A stretch of DNA of 64,000 nt from an uncultured Actinomycetes bacterium (lineage in GTDB: Bacteria > Actinomycetota > UBA4738 > HRBIN12), in the NCBI GenBank assembly GCA_963727185.1, contig CAVSFP010000006.1, forward strand, positions 259,135 through 323,134. The letters are read 5' to 3'. The position numbers and the translations under genes are program-made. A model generated the notes under the pieces. The model searched no databases, was not told the DNA's origin, and was given only the letters and a program-made list of their open reading frames with translations. Each line of letters starts with the position of its first letter. Position 1 is the stretch's first letter. Shown in pieces: positions 9,165 to 23,420 of the stretch.

Positions 9165-10055
9165 TCAACACAGTTGGGGGTTCGGGTTCACGGCGTCAGC
9201 GACGAACGCCGGTGTCGCGTGCGAGCCCTGCGCCTTGAGGTCGGCTTCGATCTGCGCGGCCGTGGCCAGCAAGGAGGGGGAGTACCTCTTGCCGCGCCGG
9301 CGCCGACGCTCACCCGTGTGGCGATACGACGAGCACGTTCATCGCGGCGATGACCGTTCCGCCGGCGTCGCGGAACGGGCACGGCCACCGATCGGAACAC
9401 CCTCCTCGACCTCCTGGTCGACGAGCGCGTACCCCTTCGCGCGGATGTCGTCGAGGAGCGCACGGAGCTGTTCCGCATCGGTGACCGTGCGGTCGGTCAG
9501 CCGGTCCAGTTGCGCGTCGCCAGGAACGCGTCGAGCTCGGCCTGGGTGAGGTGTGCGAGCAGCACGCGTCCCTTGGAGCTCGCGTGCGCGGGGAAGCGCG
9601 TGCCGACCGGCACCGACGACGGTCATGATGCGCTTCGGCCGGGACGCGCACGATGTCGACCATGTCCTGTCCGTCGAGGACCGACGATCGACGACGACTC
9701 CTGGACCTGCGCGACCAACGTCCTCGACGTGCGGTGCCGCGACGTCCGGCAGCCGCATGCCCGACAGGTAGGAGTACCCGAGCTCGAGCACACGCGGTCC
9801 GGAGGAGAACTCGCTGCCGTTGGTGCGTACGTAGCCGAGGGCGACCAGCGTCAGGAGGAACCGTCGCGCGGCGGCGCGGGTCAGCCCGGTCTCGCGGGCG
9901 ACCTCGGAGAGCGTCAGGCGATCGTGCTCCGGTCCGAACGCACGGATCACCGCGAGCCCACGGTCGAGCGACTGCACGAACTCGCTGCTCTTGCGACCGG
10001 CGGCGGCCTGCGCTCCGGGCGCGGCGCGCTTCTCTGGCGTTCCCACGGCGCTCAA
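9165..10055 (-). pseudogene. IclR-family regulator (PcaR/PobR-like), multiple frameshifts
   Basis: The N-terminal HTH reads well (VQSLDRGLAVIRAFGPEHDRLTLSEVARETGLTRAAARRFLLTLVALGYV). The remainder (LVAQVQESSSIV, VLDGQDMV, LDRLTDRTVTDAEQLRALLDDIRAKGYALVDQEVEEGV, GTVIAAMNV, LLATAAQIEADLKAQG) is spread over all three minus frames. Confidence 0.75.
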
Positions 10056-10243
10056 CGTAGCCGAGGGTCGTCACGTCGTCGAGCGGTCGGTCAGGCGAGA
10101 GCTCCGCTTGACAGTCGGCGGTATCGTCCGGCAGAGTCGGTTCGGCCCTCGCATGGATGTTTGACATGCGAACGCCGGAGGTCGAAGCCCCATTCAAGGT
10201 CGACCGACATCCGTTGCGGCGCAAGAGAAGGGGAGGCAGAGCG

Positions 10244-11708
10244 ATGACATTGCTCGAAGCGGATCGTTGGACCGGCCAGGTCTTCGTCGATGGATGGGAG
10301 CCGGGCGGTGGCGGGGACTACGCCGTCATCGGAGCCCGCGACCGGCGACGAGCTCGGCCGCCTCGGTGTGGCGTCGGTCGCGGACGTGGCCCGCGCCGCT
10401 GCCCGCGCGTCCGAGGCCCAGCGTGCGTGGGCCGACACGATGTATCAGGAGCGAGCCGCCATCCTGCGGAGGGCGGGCGACCTGTGGAACCAGCATCAGG
10501 AAGAGGTCGAGGGGTGGATCGTCCGCGAGACCGGAGCCATCCCGCCGAAAGGCGAGCTCGAGATGTGGTTCGCGGCGAGCACGTGCTACGAGTCGGCCGG
10601 GCTGGCGTCGCTGCCCTACGGCGAGCTGCTCCGGACGCGTGACCCGATCCTCAGCATGTCCCGGCGCGTACCCGTCGGCGTGGTCGGGGTCATCTCGCCG
10701 TTCAACTTCCCGCTGATCCTGTCGATCCGCGCGGTCGCGCCGGCGCTCGCGCTGGGCAACGCCGTGATCCTGAAGCCCGACCCCCGTACGTCCGTGTCCG
10801 GCGGTGTCACGCTCGCCCGGATCTTCGAGGAGGCGGGTCTGCCCGATGGCCTCTTCAGCGTGCTGCCGGGCGGCGTCGACATCGGCGAGGCGCTCGTGCG
10901 CGAGCCGAAGGTCGACATGGTCTCGTTCACCGGCTCGTCGGCGGGAGGCAAGGCGGTCGCCGCGCTCGGCCGCGGAGCAGCCTGAAGCGCATCCACCTGG
11001 AGCTCGGTGGCAACAACGCGATGATCGTGCTGGACGACGTCGATCTCGAGAAGGCCGCGTCGGTCGGCTGCGTTCGGCTCCTTCATGCACCAGGGCCAGA
11101 TCTGCATGACGACCGGCCGGCACCTGGTGCAGCGCAGCATCGCCGACGAGTACGTCGAGAAGCTCGCCGAGCACGCCGACCATCTGCCGGTCGGCGATCC
11201 GAACGCCGGACAGGTCGCGCTCGGCCCGATCATCGACGAGAAGCAGCGCGATCAGGTGCACGGTCGGTGACGGAGTCGGTCGACAAGGGCGCGCGGCTCG
11301 CGGCCGGCGGGACGTACGAGGGCCTCTTCTACCGGCCGACCGTGCTCGCCGACGTGCCGACGGATTCGCCGGCGTGCGATGGAGGAGATCTTCGGACCGG
11401 TCGCGCCGGTGGTCGCGTTCGATTCGATCGACGAGGCGGTGAAGATCGCCAGCGACACGCACTACGGACTCTCGCTCGGCATCCTCACGAACGACGTGAT
11501 GCGCGGCCTCGAGATCGCGGACCGCATCCCGACCGGGATCGTGCACATCAACGACCAGACGATCGGCGACGAGGTGGTCAACCCGTTCGGCGGGGTGAAG
11601 AGCTCGGGGCCGGGCGCGCGGTTCGGCGGGGCGCAGGCGAACATCGATGCGTTCACGCAGCTGCAGTGGGTGACGATGCGCGGCGACCTCCCCGCGTACC
11701 CGTTCTGA
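10244..11708 (+). pseudogene. NAD(P)-dependent aldehyde dehydrogenase (benzaldehyde/vanillin dehydrogenase-like), multiple frameshifts
   Basis: ATG at 10244 follows a GAAGGGGAGG RBS. Fragments lie in track ORFs 10157.., 10290..10985, 11085..11270 and 11379..11708: VGVISPFNFPL, LKRIHLELGGNNAMIV, FMHQGQICMTTGRHLV, EEIFGPVAPV, PFGGVKSSG. Confidence 0.85.
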
Positions 11709-11730
11709 GCCCACCCGGACCTCGGGCGGC

Positions 11731-14071
<2,341 letters not shown>

Positions 14072-14080
14072 GCGCCGCGC

Positions 14081-15276
14081 TCAGCCGGACGGCGCCTCGT
14101 CCGATCCCAGCGCGCGCTCGCGCGATCGCGAACGCGGCGTTCGCTGCCGGGATGCCGGCGTAGACGGCCGTGTGCAGGAGCATCTCGGCGATCTCCTCCG
14201 GCGTGACGCCGTTGACGGATCGCGGCCTGGACGTGCATCTCGATCTCGTTCTCCGCACCGAGGGCCGCGAGCAGCGCGAGCGTGATGCACGAACGGGTGC
14301 GCCGGTCCAGACCGGGACGCGACCACACGTCACCCCAGGCCGCCCGCGTCAGGTACTCCTGGAAGGCCGCGGTGAACGGCGTCGTGCGGGCGACGGCGCC
14401 GTCCACGTGCTCGTCGCCCAGCACCTCGCGACGGATCCGCATCCCCTTCTCGTAGATCGGGTCGCTCATCGTGGTCCCTCGCTTCCATCTCGCCGTGGCC
14501 AGGTGCTCGGCGATCAGATCGGTGACGCGCTCGGGCTGCTCGACGTTCGCGAGGTGCGCGGCGTGCTCGAACGGTCGAGTCGGGCGTCCGGGATACCGCT
14601 GCGCGAGCGCCTCGCACGCGTTCGCGTGGGACCGCCGGGTCGTCCGCGCCGCCGATGACCGAGCGTCGGAGCCCGGATCGCACCGAAGGCTCGGGCGCAG
14701 GTCCGTCCGTCCCGACGACCTCGCAACACGCGGCGTAGCCCGCGGGCGGCGTGCACGCGATCATGTCGCGCATGCGTCGCCACGACGCCGGGATACCAGT
14801 CGGCGAAGCGGGCGTGAACCACCGACCGACGACGACGTCGGCGACCGCGTCCATGCCCTCGCGCGACGCACCGTCGCCGCCGCGCGTTCCGCTCCACGGC
14901 TCGGGAGGCGCGAAGGTCGCGGCGCGTGCAACACAGCACCAGACGGTCGACACGTTCGGGCGCGTTTGCGCGCGACCCACATGCGCATCGAGCCCGCCGA
15001 GCGACAGACCGACCAGACGTGCGCCCGATCGACACCGAGCTCGGTCGAGGAGCGCCAGGACGATCGTCACCGAGATCCGATACGTCGTACGGGCCGGCGG
15101 CGGGATCGGCGAGCCCCATGCCCCGGAGGTCGTAGCGATCACGACGCGGAACCGCTCCGCGAGCCTCGGCACCTGCGGGTCCCACATCTCCGAGCGTGCT
15201 CCCGAGCGAGTTCGACGAACACGAGGACGGGCGCGTCCGCCGGACCCTCGACGACGTGATGGACGTCGACGCTCAC
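14081..15276 (-). pseudogene. pcaL: 3-oxoadipate enol-lactonase / 4-carboxymuconolactone decarboxylase fusion (PcaL-like), multiple frameshifts
   Basis: GTG at 15276 overlaps the pcaB stop (GTGA). Hydrolase fragments: MWDPQVPRLAERFRVV, LVGLSLGG, VVVGRWFTP. There is no stop before the decarboxylase part (MSDPIYEKGMRIRREVLGDEHVD...WSRPGLDRRTRSCITLALLAALG...NGVTPEEIAEMLLHTAVYAGIPAAN). Confidence 0.75.
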
Positions 15277-16676
15277 GCCGGGTCACGGTGCGCCCGGGCT
15301 CCGCTGTGCGCGCGAGCGCCCGGTCCACGAACAGGCCGGCCGCCCGACGGCCCCGGCGGGCTCTAGCAGTTCGGCGATCCTCTGCCGCCGCGAGGTGCTG
15401 CGGCACTTCGGGGGCGACGGCGAGCGCGTCGGCGAACGAGATCGCACCGGTCACTCGTCGGCCGCCGCGGCTTGACGAGGTCGTTCGCCGCGCGCCGGCC
15501 GAGGGCCGGCGTCAGGGCGCGTCGCGACCCGCTCTGCCAGCACGAGGCCCCCCGTCCGGTCGAGGTTCGCGCGCATCGCCTCGACGTCGACCTCGAGGTG
15601 CTCGAGGCAATCGCGGAGCCAGGCGGCGGCGGAGCCGATCGTCGTCAGGAGCTCGCGAGAGCGGCTCCACTCCGCGTGCCATGCGCCGGCGGCGCGCTCG
15701 TGCTCCTGGATCATCGACGGCGAGCAGCTCCGCGACGAGTGCCCGGCGCCCGCATGCGCGCACGCGTCGCCGCTCACGGCCGCGACGGGATTGCGCTTGT
15801 GCGGCATCGTCGACGAACCGCCGCGCCCCGGCACCCCCTCGCGCACCTCGTCGACCTCGGTCTGCGCCAGCAGCACGACGTCCGTCGCCGCCTTGCCGAT
15901 CGCGCCCGCCGGCGACGCCGAGGGCGCCGGCCATCTCCGCCGACGCGTGTTCGGTCGGTGTGCCACGGCGATCACCGGCTCGGCGAGCCGAGCTCTTCGG
16001 CGAACGCGCGCAGCACGGACGGGCCCGTCGGCGCCGAGCAAGGCGAGCGTGCCGACGGCGCCGCCGAGCTGTACCGCGAGCCGCTCGCGTCGGACGGCCT
16101 CGCAGGCGATCGCGCGCCTCGTCGAGCGCCGTCGGTCCAGACCGGCCGCCTTGAACCCGAACGTGATCGGGAGCGCGTGTTGCAGGAGGGTTCGGCCGGC
16201 CATCAACGTGCGCGATGGTCGTTCGCTCATCACGGCGGCCGTCTCCGCGGCGGCGCGCGAGATCGTCGAGCCAGCGGACGCGAGCGCTCGCTCGACCACC
16301 AGCATCGCCGCGGAGTCGAGGACGTCCTGACTCGTCGCGCCGAGATGCACCGAGGTCGGCGGCGGCCGGGTCCTCCGGCGCTCCTCGATCGCGTCGAACG
16401 AGCGGCACGACCGGGTTCCCGCTCCGCGCCGCCGTCCCGGCCGATCGCTTCGAGTCGAAGTTCTCGGCGACGCGCACGCCCGCGCGATCGACTCCGCTCT
16501 CTGCGCGATCCATCGTCCCGGCACGACGCTGCGGCCCGCGCGAGCGCGGCCTCGACGTCGAGCATCGCCTGGAGCCACGCGCGTCGCTCGACCTCGTCGC
16601 GGACGTCGCCGCGCGCGAGCACGCCGTCGAAGAGCCCGCTCTGCGCGGGTTCAGACTGCGAAGAAGACGGTTTCAC
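15273..16676 (-). pseudogene. pcaB: 3-carboxy-cis,cis-muconate cycloisomerase, multiple frameshifts
   Basis: Fumarate-lyase family fragments: LGATSQDVLDSAAMLV, MAGRTLLQHALPITFGFKAAG, GGSSTMPHKRNPV, AWHAEW, GLFVDRAL. The GTG at 16676 is tentative. Confidence 0.8.
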
Positions 16677-17210
16677 GTTCCCCCTGGAGACGGATGTCGA
16701 ACCGGTACCCGTCGTCGGTCGGTCGGCGATCAGCGTGGACCTGCGGCCGGCGTCGGACACCTGCGACAGCACGGGATCGCTCGCGTTCGGGTCCGGCTCG
16801 TCGGCGAAGTAGATCCGCGTGACGACGCGCTTCAGCAGGCCGCGCGCGAACACGGACACGTCGATGTGCGGGGCCTGCGGGCGATCGGTCCGGGTCGCCG
16901 GCACCACGCCGGGCTTCATCGTGAGGATGCCGTAGCGACCGTCGGCGTCGGCGCTCGAACGGCCGAACCCGCGGAACCCCGCGACGGCGCCTCGCGGATC
17001 GTCCGGATGATCGAAGCGACCGTCGGGGTCCGCCTGCCAGGTCTCGACCATCGCGTCGGGCATCGGCGCGCCGTCGCCGTCCAGCACCGACCGCGGATCC
17101 AGATCGCGCCCGGCGTGCCCTCGGGGACCACGTACGGCCCGTCCGGCCACGGCGAGCCCGATCGCGAAGAACGGGCCGATCGTCTGCGACGGCGTGCGCG
17201 GCGACGTCAC
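16651..17210 (-). pseudogene. pcaG: protocatechuate 3,4-dioxygenase alpha subunit, frameshifted
   Basis: GTG at 17210 overlaps the pcaH stop (GTGA). Fragments: [78 protein letters not shown]-stop. Confidence 0.8.
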
Positions 17211-17932
17211 GCGTCGTCGTCCTCGCTCTCCAGCGGCGTGGCTCCACCGCTCCCGAGGACGATGTCCCACCGGAACGCCAAGCGCCCATTCCGGGACCGT
17301 CTCGGTGTGGTCGTAGCGGGAGATGAGGCGCTCGCGCACCTTCGGGTCCGGGATCGAGTTGAAGATCGGGTCGAGCGGGAACAGCGGATCGTCGGGGAAG
17401 TACATCTGCGTGATCAGTCGTTGGCGCGAAGTTGCGCCCGAACATCGAGAAATGGATGTGCGCCGGGCGCCAGGCGTTCGCGTGGTTCTTCCACGGATAC
17501 GCGCCGGGCTTGATCGTCACGAACCGGTACCGACCTTCGTCGTCGGTCAGCGCGCGTCCGGCTCCGGTGAAGTTCGGGTCGAGCGGCGCGGGGTGGGAAT
17601 CCTGCGGGTGGGCGTACCTGCCCGCCCGCGTTCGCCTGCCAGACCTCGACGAGCGTGTTCCGCACCGGCCGGCCGTCGCCCTCGAGCACGCGGCCGTGCA
17701 CGATGATCCGCTGGCCCTGCGGCTCGTCCGCATGCTGGCGCGTGAGATCGTGATCGAGCTCGCCGACCCGTCCCTCGCCCAACAGCGGCCCCGTCGTCTC
17801 CGTCAGCGATCGCGGCAGCGTCACGAGCGCGCGGGCGGGCGCGCGCAGGATGGTGGACCGGTACGCGGGGTGGAGGTAGGGAGGATCGACCACGGCGTCG
17901 TCGTCCGAACCTGGAGCGGACCCATCGGGCAC
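17207..17932 (-). pseudogene. pcaH: protocatechuate 3,4-dioxygenase beta subunit; N-terminal third intact, rest frameshifted
   Basis: Track ORF 17414..17932 is clean to EVWQANAGG. An extra G near 17621-17623 breaks the frame. The continuation ([58 protein letters not shown]) lies in other frames. Confidence 0.85.
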
Positions 17933-18092
17933 GTCGATACCTCCGTTCCTCCGCGCGACACCGGCGACGTCAGCCCGATCCAGATGGAACCGTCAGACGG
18001 AACGGGCCAGACGGACAGGATAGAGCGACCCAACGGTGGGCGCTAGACGGACAGGGGTTCGCATGGCGCTCCTTCTGGCCGCCTCTCGAGCA

Positions 18093-18932
18093 TCAGGCCG
18101 GAGCCGAGACGCCGACCAGCCGCCCGATCGCGTAGGTGACCAGGGCGGCCAGCACGCCGATCGTCAGCTGCCGCAGCGCCGAGAAGGCAGGGCTTCGCCC
18201 CGTCAGCAACGACGTCAGGGCCCCCACCACGAGAAGCGAGACGGCCGCGATCGCGGCGGCGGCCAGGACGGCCCGGCTGCCTCCCCGGAAGAAGAAGGGG
18301 ATGAGCGGCAGGAACGCCCCGAAGGCGAACATCACGAACGACGAGATCGCCGCGCCCCACGGGGAGCCGAGCCCCTCGTCGGGATCGATCCCGAGCTCCT
18401 CTCTCGCGTGCGTGTCCAGCGCCATCTTCGGGTCGCGCATGAGCTCCTCAGCGACGCGCTCGGCCAGGTCCCGGGAGAACCCCTTGCGTTCGTAGATCGT
18501 CGTGAGCTCCTCCAACTCGCCGGCCGGATCGTTGCCGATCTCATGGGCTTCCAGGTGGAGCAGCCGCTCCAACACCTCGCGCTGCACGCGCATCGAGACG
18601 TATTCGCCCGATCCCATCGAGAAGGCGCCGGCGAGCAACCCGGAGATGCCTGCGAGCACGATGACCGAGCGGCTCTGCGACGCGCCCGCGAACCCCATGA
18701 TGAGCGACGTGTTCGTGAGGAGGCCGTCGTTCACGCCGAAGATCGCCGCCCGGAGCGCGCCGCTCTTGCCCGCCGACCCCGTTGGCTCCGCGCTACCAAC
18801 GCGGCCGCGTTCCACGCGGCCGCGGTGCGGCAACAGGTCGTTCCCCTTCTGGAGACGCCGCTGCGCGTCAAGGATGCGCGGCAGCTCTCGTTTCGTTCGG
18901 ACGTCTTCCGGTGGCATCTCGACGTGGGGCAT
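18093..18932 (-). CDS. VIT1/CCC1 family iron/manganese transporter
   Basis: Track ORF with FGVNDGLLTNTSL and SMGSGEYVS blocks, a central helical domain and C-terminal TM helices. Confidence 0.85.
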   Translation of the reverse strand: MPHVEMPPEDVRTKRELPRILDAQRRLQKGNDLLPHRGRVERGRVGSAEPTGSAGKSGALRAAIFGVNDGLLTNTSLIMGFAGASQSRSVIVLAGISGLLAGAFSMGSGEYVSMRVQREVLERLLHLEAHEIGNDPAGELEELTTIYERKGFSRDLAERVAEELMRDPKMALDTHAREELGIDPDEGLGSPWGAAISSFVMFAFGAFLPLIPFFFRGGSRAVLAAAAIAAVSLLVVGALTSLLTGRSPAFSALRQLTIGVLAALVTYAIGRLVGVSAPA

Positions 18933-18936
18933 GGGG

Positions 18937-19872
18937 TCATCCTTCCTCGGGGCCGGCTAGCTCGTTGAGCGCGTTCAACGATGGCGCGAAGTAGTAGGCG
19001 CCGCTCACGGGCCGCGAGAAGTCCGTCAGGCGGTCCCGCACGCCGTCGCGTGAAGTCCCGAACATCCGCGCGAGCATCCGCTCGTACCGGGACGGGTCCG
19101 CGCTGAAGGCCACGAAGTAGAGACCGTGCTCGCCGACGTTCCCGTACGGGACGCTCCGACGGAAGATCGGGAGCTCGCGGCCGTTGGCCTCGATCTCGAC
19201 GCGCGCGATATGTGCGGTGGGTGGCTTGTCGGCGTCGGCGAGCTCGATGCTGTCGACCTTGGTCCGCCCGATCACGGCCTCCTGTTCGCTCACGGGGAGC
19301 GAGTGGAACGCTTCCAGGTCGTGCACCCATCGCATCGCCAGGACATGGCTTCCTCCCTGGCCGGGCTCACCCGGCGGAACCAACGCCACCTCCGCGGCCC
19401 GGCGGACCGGTGGGTTCGCGGTCCCGTCGACGAAGCCCGTCTCGTCCCGACCCTCGTGGTACGCGAACCCCGGCTGTTCGGCGACCAGGAGCGCCGCATC
19501 GGCGACGGCGTTCGCGGCGGCGCGTGCGTGGTCGAAGGCCACGTCCGGCGAGGAGCTGCTGATCCAGATCCACGCGTCGTGCTGGGTCGCCGGCGCGCCG
19601 CGACCGTCGGGTGTCGTGATGGCGTGGAACCGGTCGAGCGACGCCGGCGCTTCCGCCGGGGCGACCTCGCGCCAGGCATCCGCGCCGAACGCGACCACCA
19701 GGTTCACGCCACCGGCCGAGACCTCGGACGTGCGCAGCCTCCGGAACGAAGCGACGGCCGATGTCGGCGTGACGTCGGGAAGCAGATCGAACTCGAGGAA
19801 GTGGTGAGCGTAGGTCCCCTGAGCGAAGATCCCGAACTGCGGCAGGATGAACCCCATGCGGCATTCTTCCAT
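18937..19872 (-). CDS. Dyp-type peroxidase
   Basis: Starts at an in-frame ATG at 19872 (MEECRMGF), or alternatively 19857. GFVDGTANP (GxxDG) motif. The upstream part of track ORF 18937..20151 runs through a tRNA-like fragment and is rejected. Confidence 0.85.
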   Translation of the reverse strand: MEECRMGFILPQFGIFAQGTYAHHFLEFDLLPDVTPTSAVASFRRLRTSEVSAGGVNLVVAFGADAWREVAPAEAPASLDRFHAITTPDGRGAPATQHDAWIWISSSSPDVAFDHARAAANAVADAALLVAEQPGFAYHEGRDETGFVDGTANPPVRRAAEVALVPPGEPGQGGSHVLAMRWVHDLEAFHSLPVSEQEAVIGRTKVDSIELADADKPPTAHIARVEIEANGRELPIFRRSVPYGNVGEHGLYFVAFSADPSRYERMLARMFGTSRDGVRDRLTDFSRPVSGAYYFAPSLNALNELAGPEEG

Positions 19873-19946
19873 CCCGCCGATCCGAGCGGGAGGGGTTTCC
19901 GACCCCGCGCGACGGCCTGCTCGGTAGACTCGATGGGCGAAGGTCG

Positions 19947-19988
19947 GGGGACGTGGCTCAGCTTGGTAGAGCACCTGCTTTGCAGGCA
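19947..19988 (+). pseudogene. truncated tRNA-Ala(TGC) 5' half (acceptor, D-arm, anticodon arm), no T-arm
   Basis: GGGGACGTGGCTCAGCTTGGTAGAGCACCTGCTTTGCAGGCA matches the first ~41 nt of the intact tRNA-Ala at 28755 with 2 substitutions and 1 extra T. Similarity then stops abruptly. Confidence 0.6.
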
Positions 19989-20101
19989 CCCCAACCTGAA
20001 CGCTGTGCAGCGCAACGAATCCGCAGCTCGGCCGTGAGCGTTTAGTCGAAGTTATCTGCAGTGCTATGCGACCGGGCCGCAACGGTACAGAACGGAGCCC
20101 T

Positions 20102-20419
20102 TCAGGCGATCGCGTCCCGCGAGCTCGCGGGGCTCGATCGCGAGGCGTCATCTCCGTCTCTTCGGATCAGCCCGGGTGGCATCTCGCGACACGCGATCCG
20201 TCCGGCGCCGGAGGCGCCGCGGACCGGCCATCCCGCCTCGACGTCCATCCGATGGTTCGGCACCGGATGGCAGATCGAGAACGGCGGACCTTGAACGTCG
20301 ACGCCCTGCTCCTCGATGTAGGTGCGGATCTGGCGGAGCGCCTCGCGGATGAACGACGGCGCCTGGCGCTCATCGACGCGGTCGCGGATGCTCAGCACGG
20401 GCTGGAACGCCTTGGTCAT
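20102..20419 (-). CDS. GyrI-like small-molecule-binding domain protein, apparently C-terminally truncated
   Basis: Track ORF with a TAGGAGG RBS 7 nt upstream. IREALRQIRTYIEEQGVDVQGPPFSICH...MDVEAGWPV...GRIACREMPPG resembles effector-binding (GyrI-like) domains. The tail LIRRDGDDASRSS looks unrelated. Confidence 0.5.
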   Translation of the reverse strand: MTKAFQPVLSIRDRVDERQAPSFIREALRQIRTYIEEQGVDVQGPPFSICHPVPNHRMDVEAGWPVRGASGAGRIACREMPPGLIRRDGDDASRSSPASSRDAIA

Positions 20420-20431
20420 ATCGATCGCCTC

Positions 20432-21430
20432 CTATCCGGTCCTCACAGGGGTCGTGGGTGCGAGATCGTCGCCGGGCGTGTCGATCAGCTCGAAGCATCG
20501 ATCGACACCGCCTCGCACGCTCTGCATGCCGAGCCTGAGGTCGACCAGGCCGTCGAACCCCCAGAAGACCCGTTGCGAGAGGAGGTACAGGGTGATCAGG
20601 GTGCCGATGTGTTGCGTGCCTACGAAGGCCGCGACGACGACGACCGCGATGGGTCCGAGCTTCGCGAGCCCGCCCGACCCTTGGAAGTTGAGCGCCCGCA
20701 ACCAGCCGAGCCGGACCTCGGAGGCCATCAACTTCTCGGCGGCCGCGCGGAAGCGGCTCGGAGCGTCCGGATCGTCGCGACGCTGGAGCTCGCGCGAGAT
20801 AGAGCTCGTCATGGCCTCGAGCTCTTCCTGGCGACGCTGACCCGCGGTCGACGCCGGCTCCTGCGTCCGCTTCATCACGAACCAGATGCTCGTGAGCGTG
20901 ACGACCACGACCACGACGGACCAGGGCTCCAAGAGCGCGAGTAAGACGAGCGCGCTCGCGAACTCCACCACCAGCATCGACCCGCTGTCGATCAGTGACA
21001 TCGTGACCTGCTCGAGGGTCTCGGCGTCGGAGATGAACCGTGACGCGAGCCCTTCGCTGTCCTCGCCCGCGTCTGCCTTGCGGACCGCCCCTCCGAACAT
21101 CTGGAGGCGGACATCCATGTAAAGGCGGCTCGCGTTCTTCGCGTACATCCCGTCTGAAGCGATGTAAGCCGCCGCTTCGCCCACGATGGCGAGCACGATC
21201 AAGCCGGTCATGAGGAGTGCCTCTGGTCGGTCGTTGCGCTCGACGAGGGCGTCGACCAGCAGCCCGAGTGCGACCGGTGGGATCAGGCCGACCAGTACAC
21301 CCGTGACCGTGAGGGCGACCATGGCCGCGACGCCGCGCCAGAGCGGTCGCACCAGCCCCATCACGCGCCGCCACGGGATGGGCGCAGGTCGAGGGTCGCT
21401 CGGTCCCCCCGTCTCACTCAGATCAGCCAC
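20432..21430 (-). pseudogene. ABC exporter transmembrane domain only (no nucleotide-binding domain follows); probable gene remnant
   Basis: Track ORF of 332 aa with six-helix type-I exporter TMD features. It ends at ...CFELIDTPGDD, just where an NBD normally starts. No Walker motifs follow in any frame. Confidence 0.65.
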
Positions 21431-21952
21431 GGACGACCATCCTCCGTCGTGGGTCCCTCATGCGCCCCGAGCCCGCCGCGGTCGCGGTGCGGCCGCGGCA
21501 AGGCTCGGGCGTCAAGGCTTGGAGGCGGCTACTTCTTCCCGCCCTGCTTGTCCTTCTTCTGATCGCGCTTCTTCTCCTCGCCCTTCTTCGGCACCGAACT
21601 CACCCCCTCCCAACGATCGTCTTCACTTGCAGCCACGCTAGGCGTCAGCTCGATAAGGGATCGCATGCGCAGGGTTATGCAAACACCAACTCCATGTGCC
21701 GAACTTGTGATGAGGTCGTCGATCCATCGATGCCTCGCGCGACGGTCATCCCACCGACCAGCGTCCGCTCGCACCGGTGTAGTGGCCAGGGGAGAAAGAC
21801 CCGACTCTTACGGGCCATTCGCCGAGGCGGTTGCCGAGTCAAGGGGCCGTCGTGATGGTCACGGGTTGGCGTGTTGGGATCCGATGGGACGGTGGATATC
21901 CGACGTCTTCGAAGACGAGGCCTGCGCCATCGGCGCTGCGCGCGTGGCCGCG

Positions 21953-23420
21953 CTATCGGATGAGTGGCGGCAGTGGCGGTTGGGAGAAGTCGAAGTCGTT
22001 CAGAAGGTCTCCGAGGATGGGCACGGTCTCGCGAACGGTGGGGCGCGGATCAGGCCGCCCGTCGGTCCGCGGATCGATCCGCTGTCCGTTCAAGAACAGG
22101 TCTTCGATCAATTTGAGGTAGGCGTCCTGTGACAGGGTCTGATGATCGATGTAGCCCTGTTTCGCCCATGGACTGATCACGAGCCCCGGCACACGCAGCC
22201 CGTAGCCGTTCTCATCGACCTTCGGTGGCACGACATGGTCGTAGAACCCGCCCCAGTCGTCCCACGTGAGGAAGATGGCGGTGCTGTTCCATTCCGGGCC
22301 CTGCATCACGGAGTTCACCAGACCGGTGACGTACGTCTGGCCGACCGCGATGCTGCTGGGTGGATGGTCGCTGTCGCCTGTCCCGGGGACGATCCACGAC
22401 ACCTGGGGAAGGGTCCCGCTCTTCGCGGCCGCCGTGAACTTGTCCACGGTCATGATGTTGCCGAGCTGGTTGTTCTGCTGGACCGTCGTGAAGTTGGAGA
22501 GGGGATTCCAGATCGCGGGGGTCCCCGGGTTCCCCAACACTTGTTGTTCAGTGGCGCAGGTGATCGGGTCGGAGGTGCAGTCCCTGGGAGTCTCCTTGTC
22601 GATGTAGTAGCCCCAGCTCACCCCATGCTGATGAAGCAGATCGGTGATGTCGGTCCAGGCGAACGGTGTGGTCGCGCGCTCGTTGTGGGAAGTCTCGTTC
22701 CCAGGGTACGTGAGGTTGGACTTGCAGCTCTTCGGGTCTGAGATCTGGCAGTTCGCCGACCAGGCGGAGACCGTGAACAGATGCGAGGGAAGGCTCCAGG
22801 AGAACGCCGACTCGAAGAACCGGTCCTGGAGCACGGAGCTCTTGGCATACGCCCAGTAGTCGGGGATCTCGGCATCGGTGTGGTAACCCATCACGTCCGG
22901 AACATGGCTCGTGCTGTGACCGGTGAGGTTCGTGCAGGAGGGGTCGTACGGGTATTTGACGCAGAATGACTTGCTCGCGTTCCTCAGTTCCTGGACGAAC
23001 CCGTCCATCTTGCCGCCGTTGACGTCGCCTGCAGCGTCCTCCTCGCCGTGCGGGCCGCCCGCGTTCACGAGGTTCGTGTCGTGATAGGGCTTCACGCACG
23101 TGTGCAGCTGGGGGTCGGGGACGCACACCGTTGGAACACCGTTCGACATCGGGATCCCATCGGCTCCGGGGTATGTCCCGAAGTAGCTATCGAACGAACG
23201 GTTCTCTTGGATTGATGAAGACCAGGTGCTGCAGGTGCTGCGTAGCCTGGGTGAGTTGTTGCGGGGGGGCGCTCACGGGTGTCTGTTTGGAAGTCTGCCG
23301 GCCTGTGCACGCGGTGGCCACCAGCAACAAGGGCGCAGGGTCCCGCCAGACGCAGGACCTTGGCCCTTGGGGACCGGTTGCTCGTGGGCGGGTCGCACGG
23401 AGCCCTTCGCAAGGACGCAA
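21953..23420 (-). pseudogene. phosphoesterase family protein (phospholipase C / AcpA acid phosphatase family), one frameshift near 23209
   Basis: Track ORF 21953..23149 is the body of a PF04185-like enzyme ([26 protein letters not shown]). The same frame continues upstream as [19 protein letters not shown]. The signal/lipobox part (LLLVATAC...HLVFIN) is in track ORF 23187..23420; an extra C in ATCAATCCAAGAG separates them. The start is uncertain (23420-23451). Confidence 0.78.

Noticed and set aside
18036-18968. 310-aa plus-strand ORF
   Set aside because: It is antisense to the VIT-family transporter gene and is compositionally spurious.
21460-21855. 131-aa plus-strand ORF with a poly-Leu hydrophobic segment
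   Set aside because: The Leu run is encoded by CTT, which is rare in this GC-rich genome. It is simply the complement of AAG-rich sequence. The rest has A/T-ending codons and no motifs.
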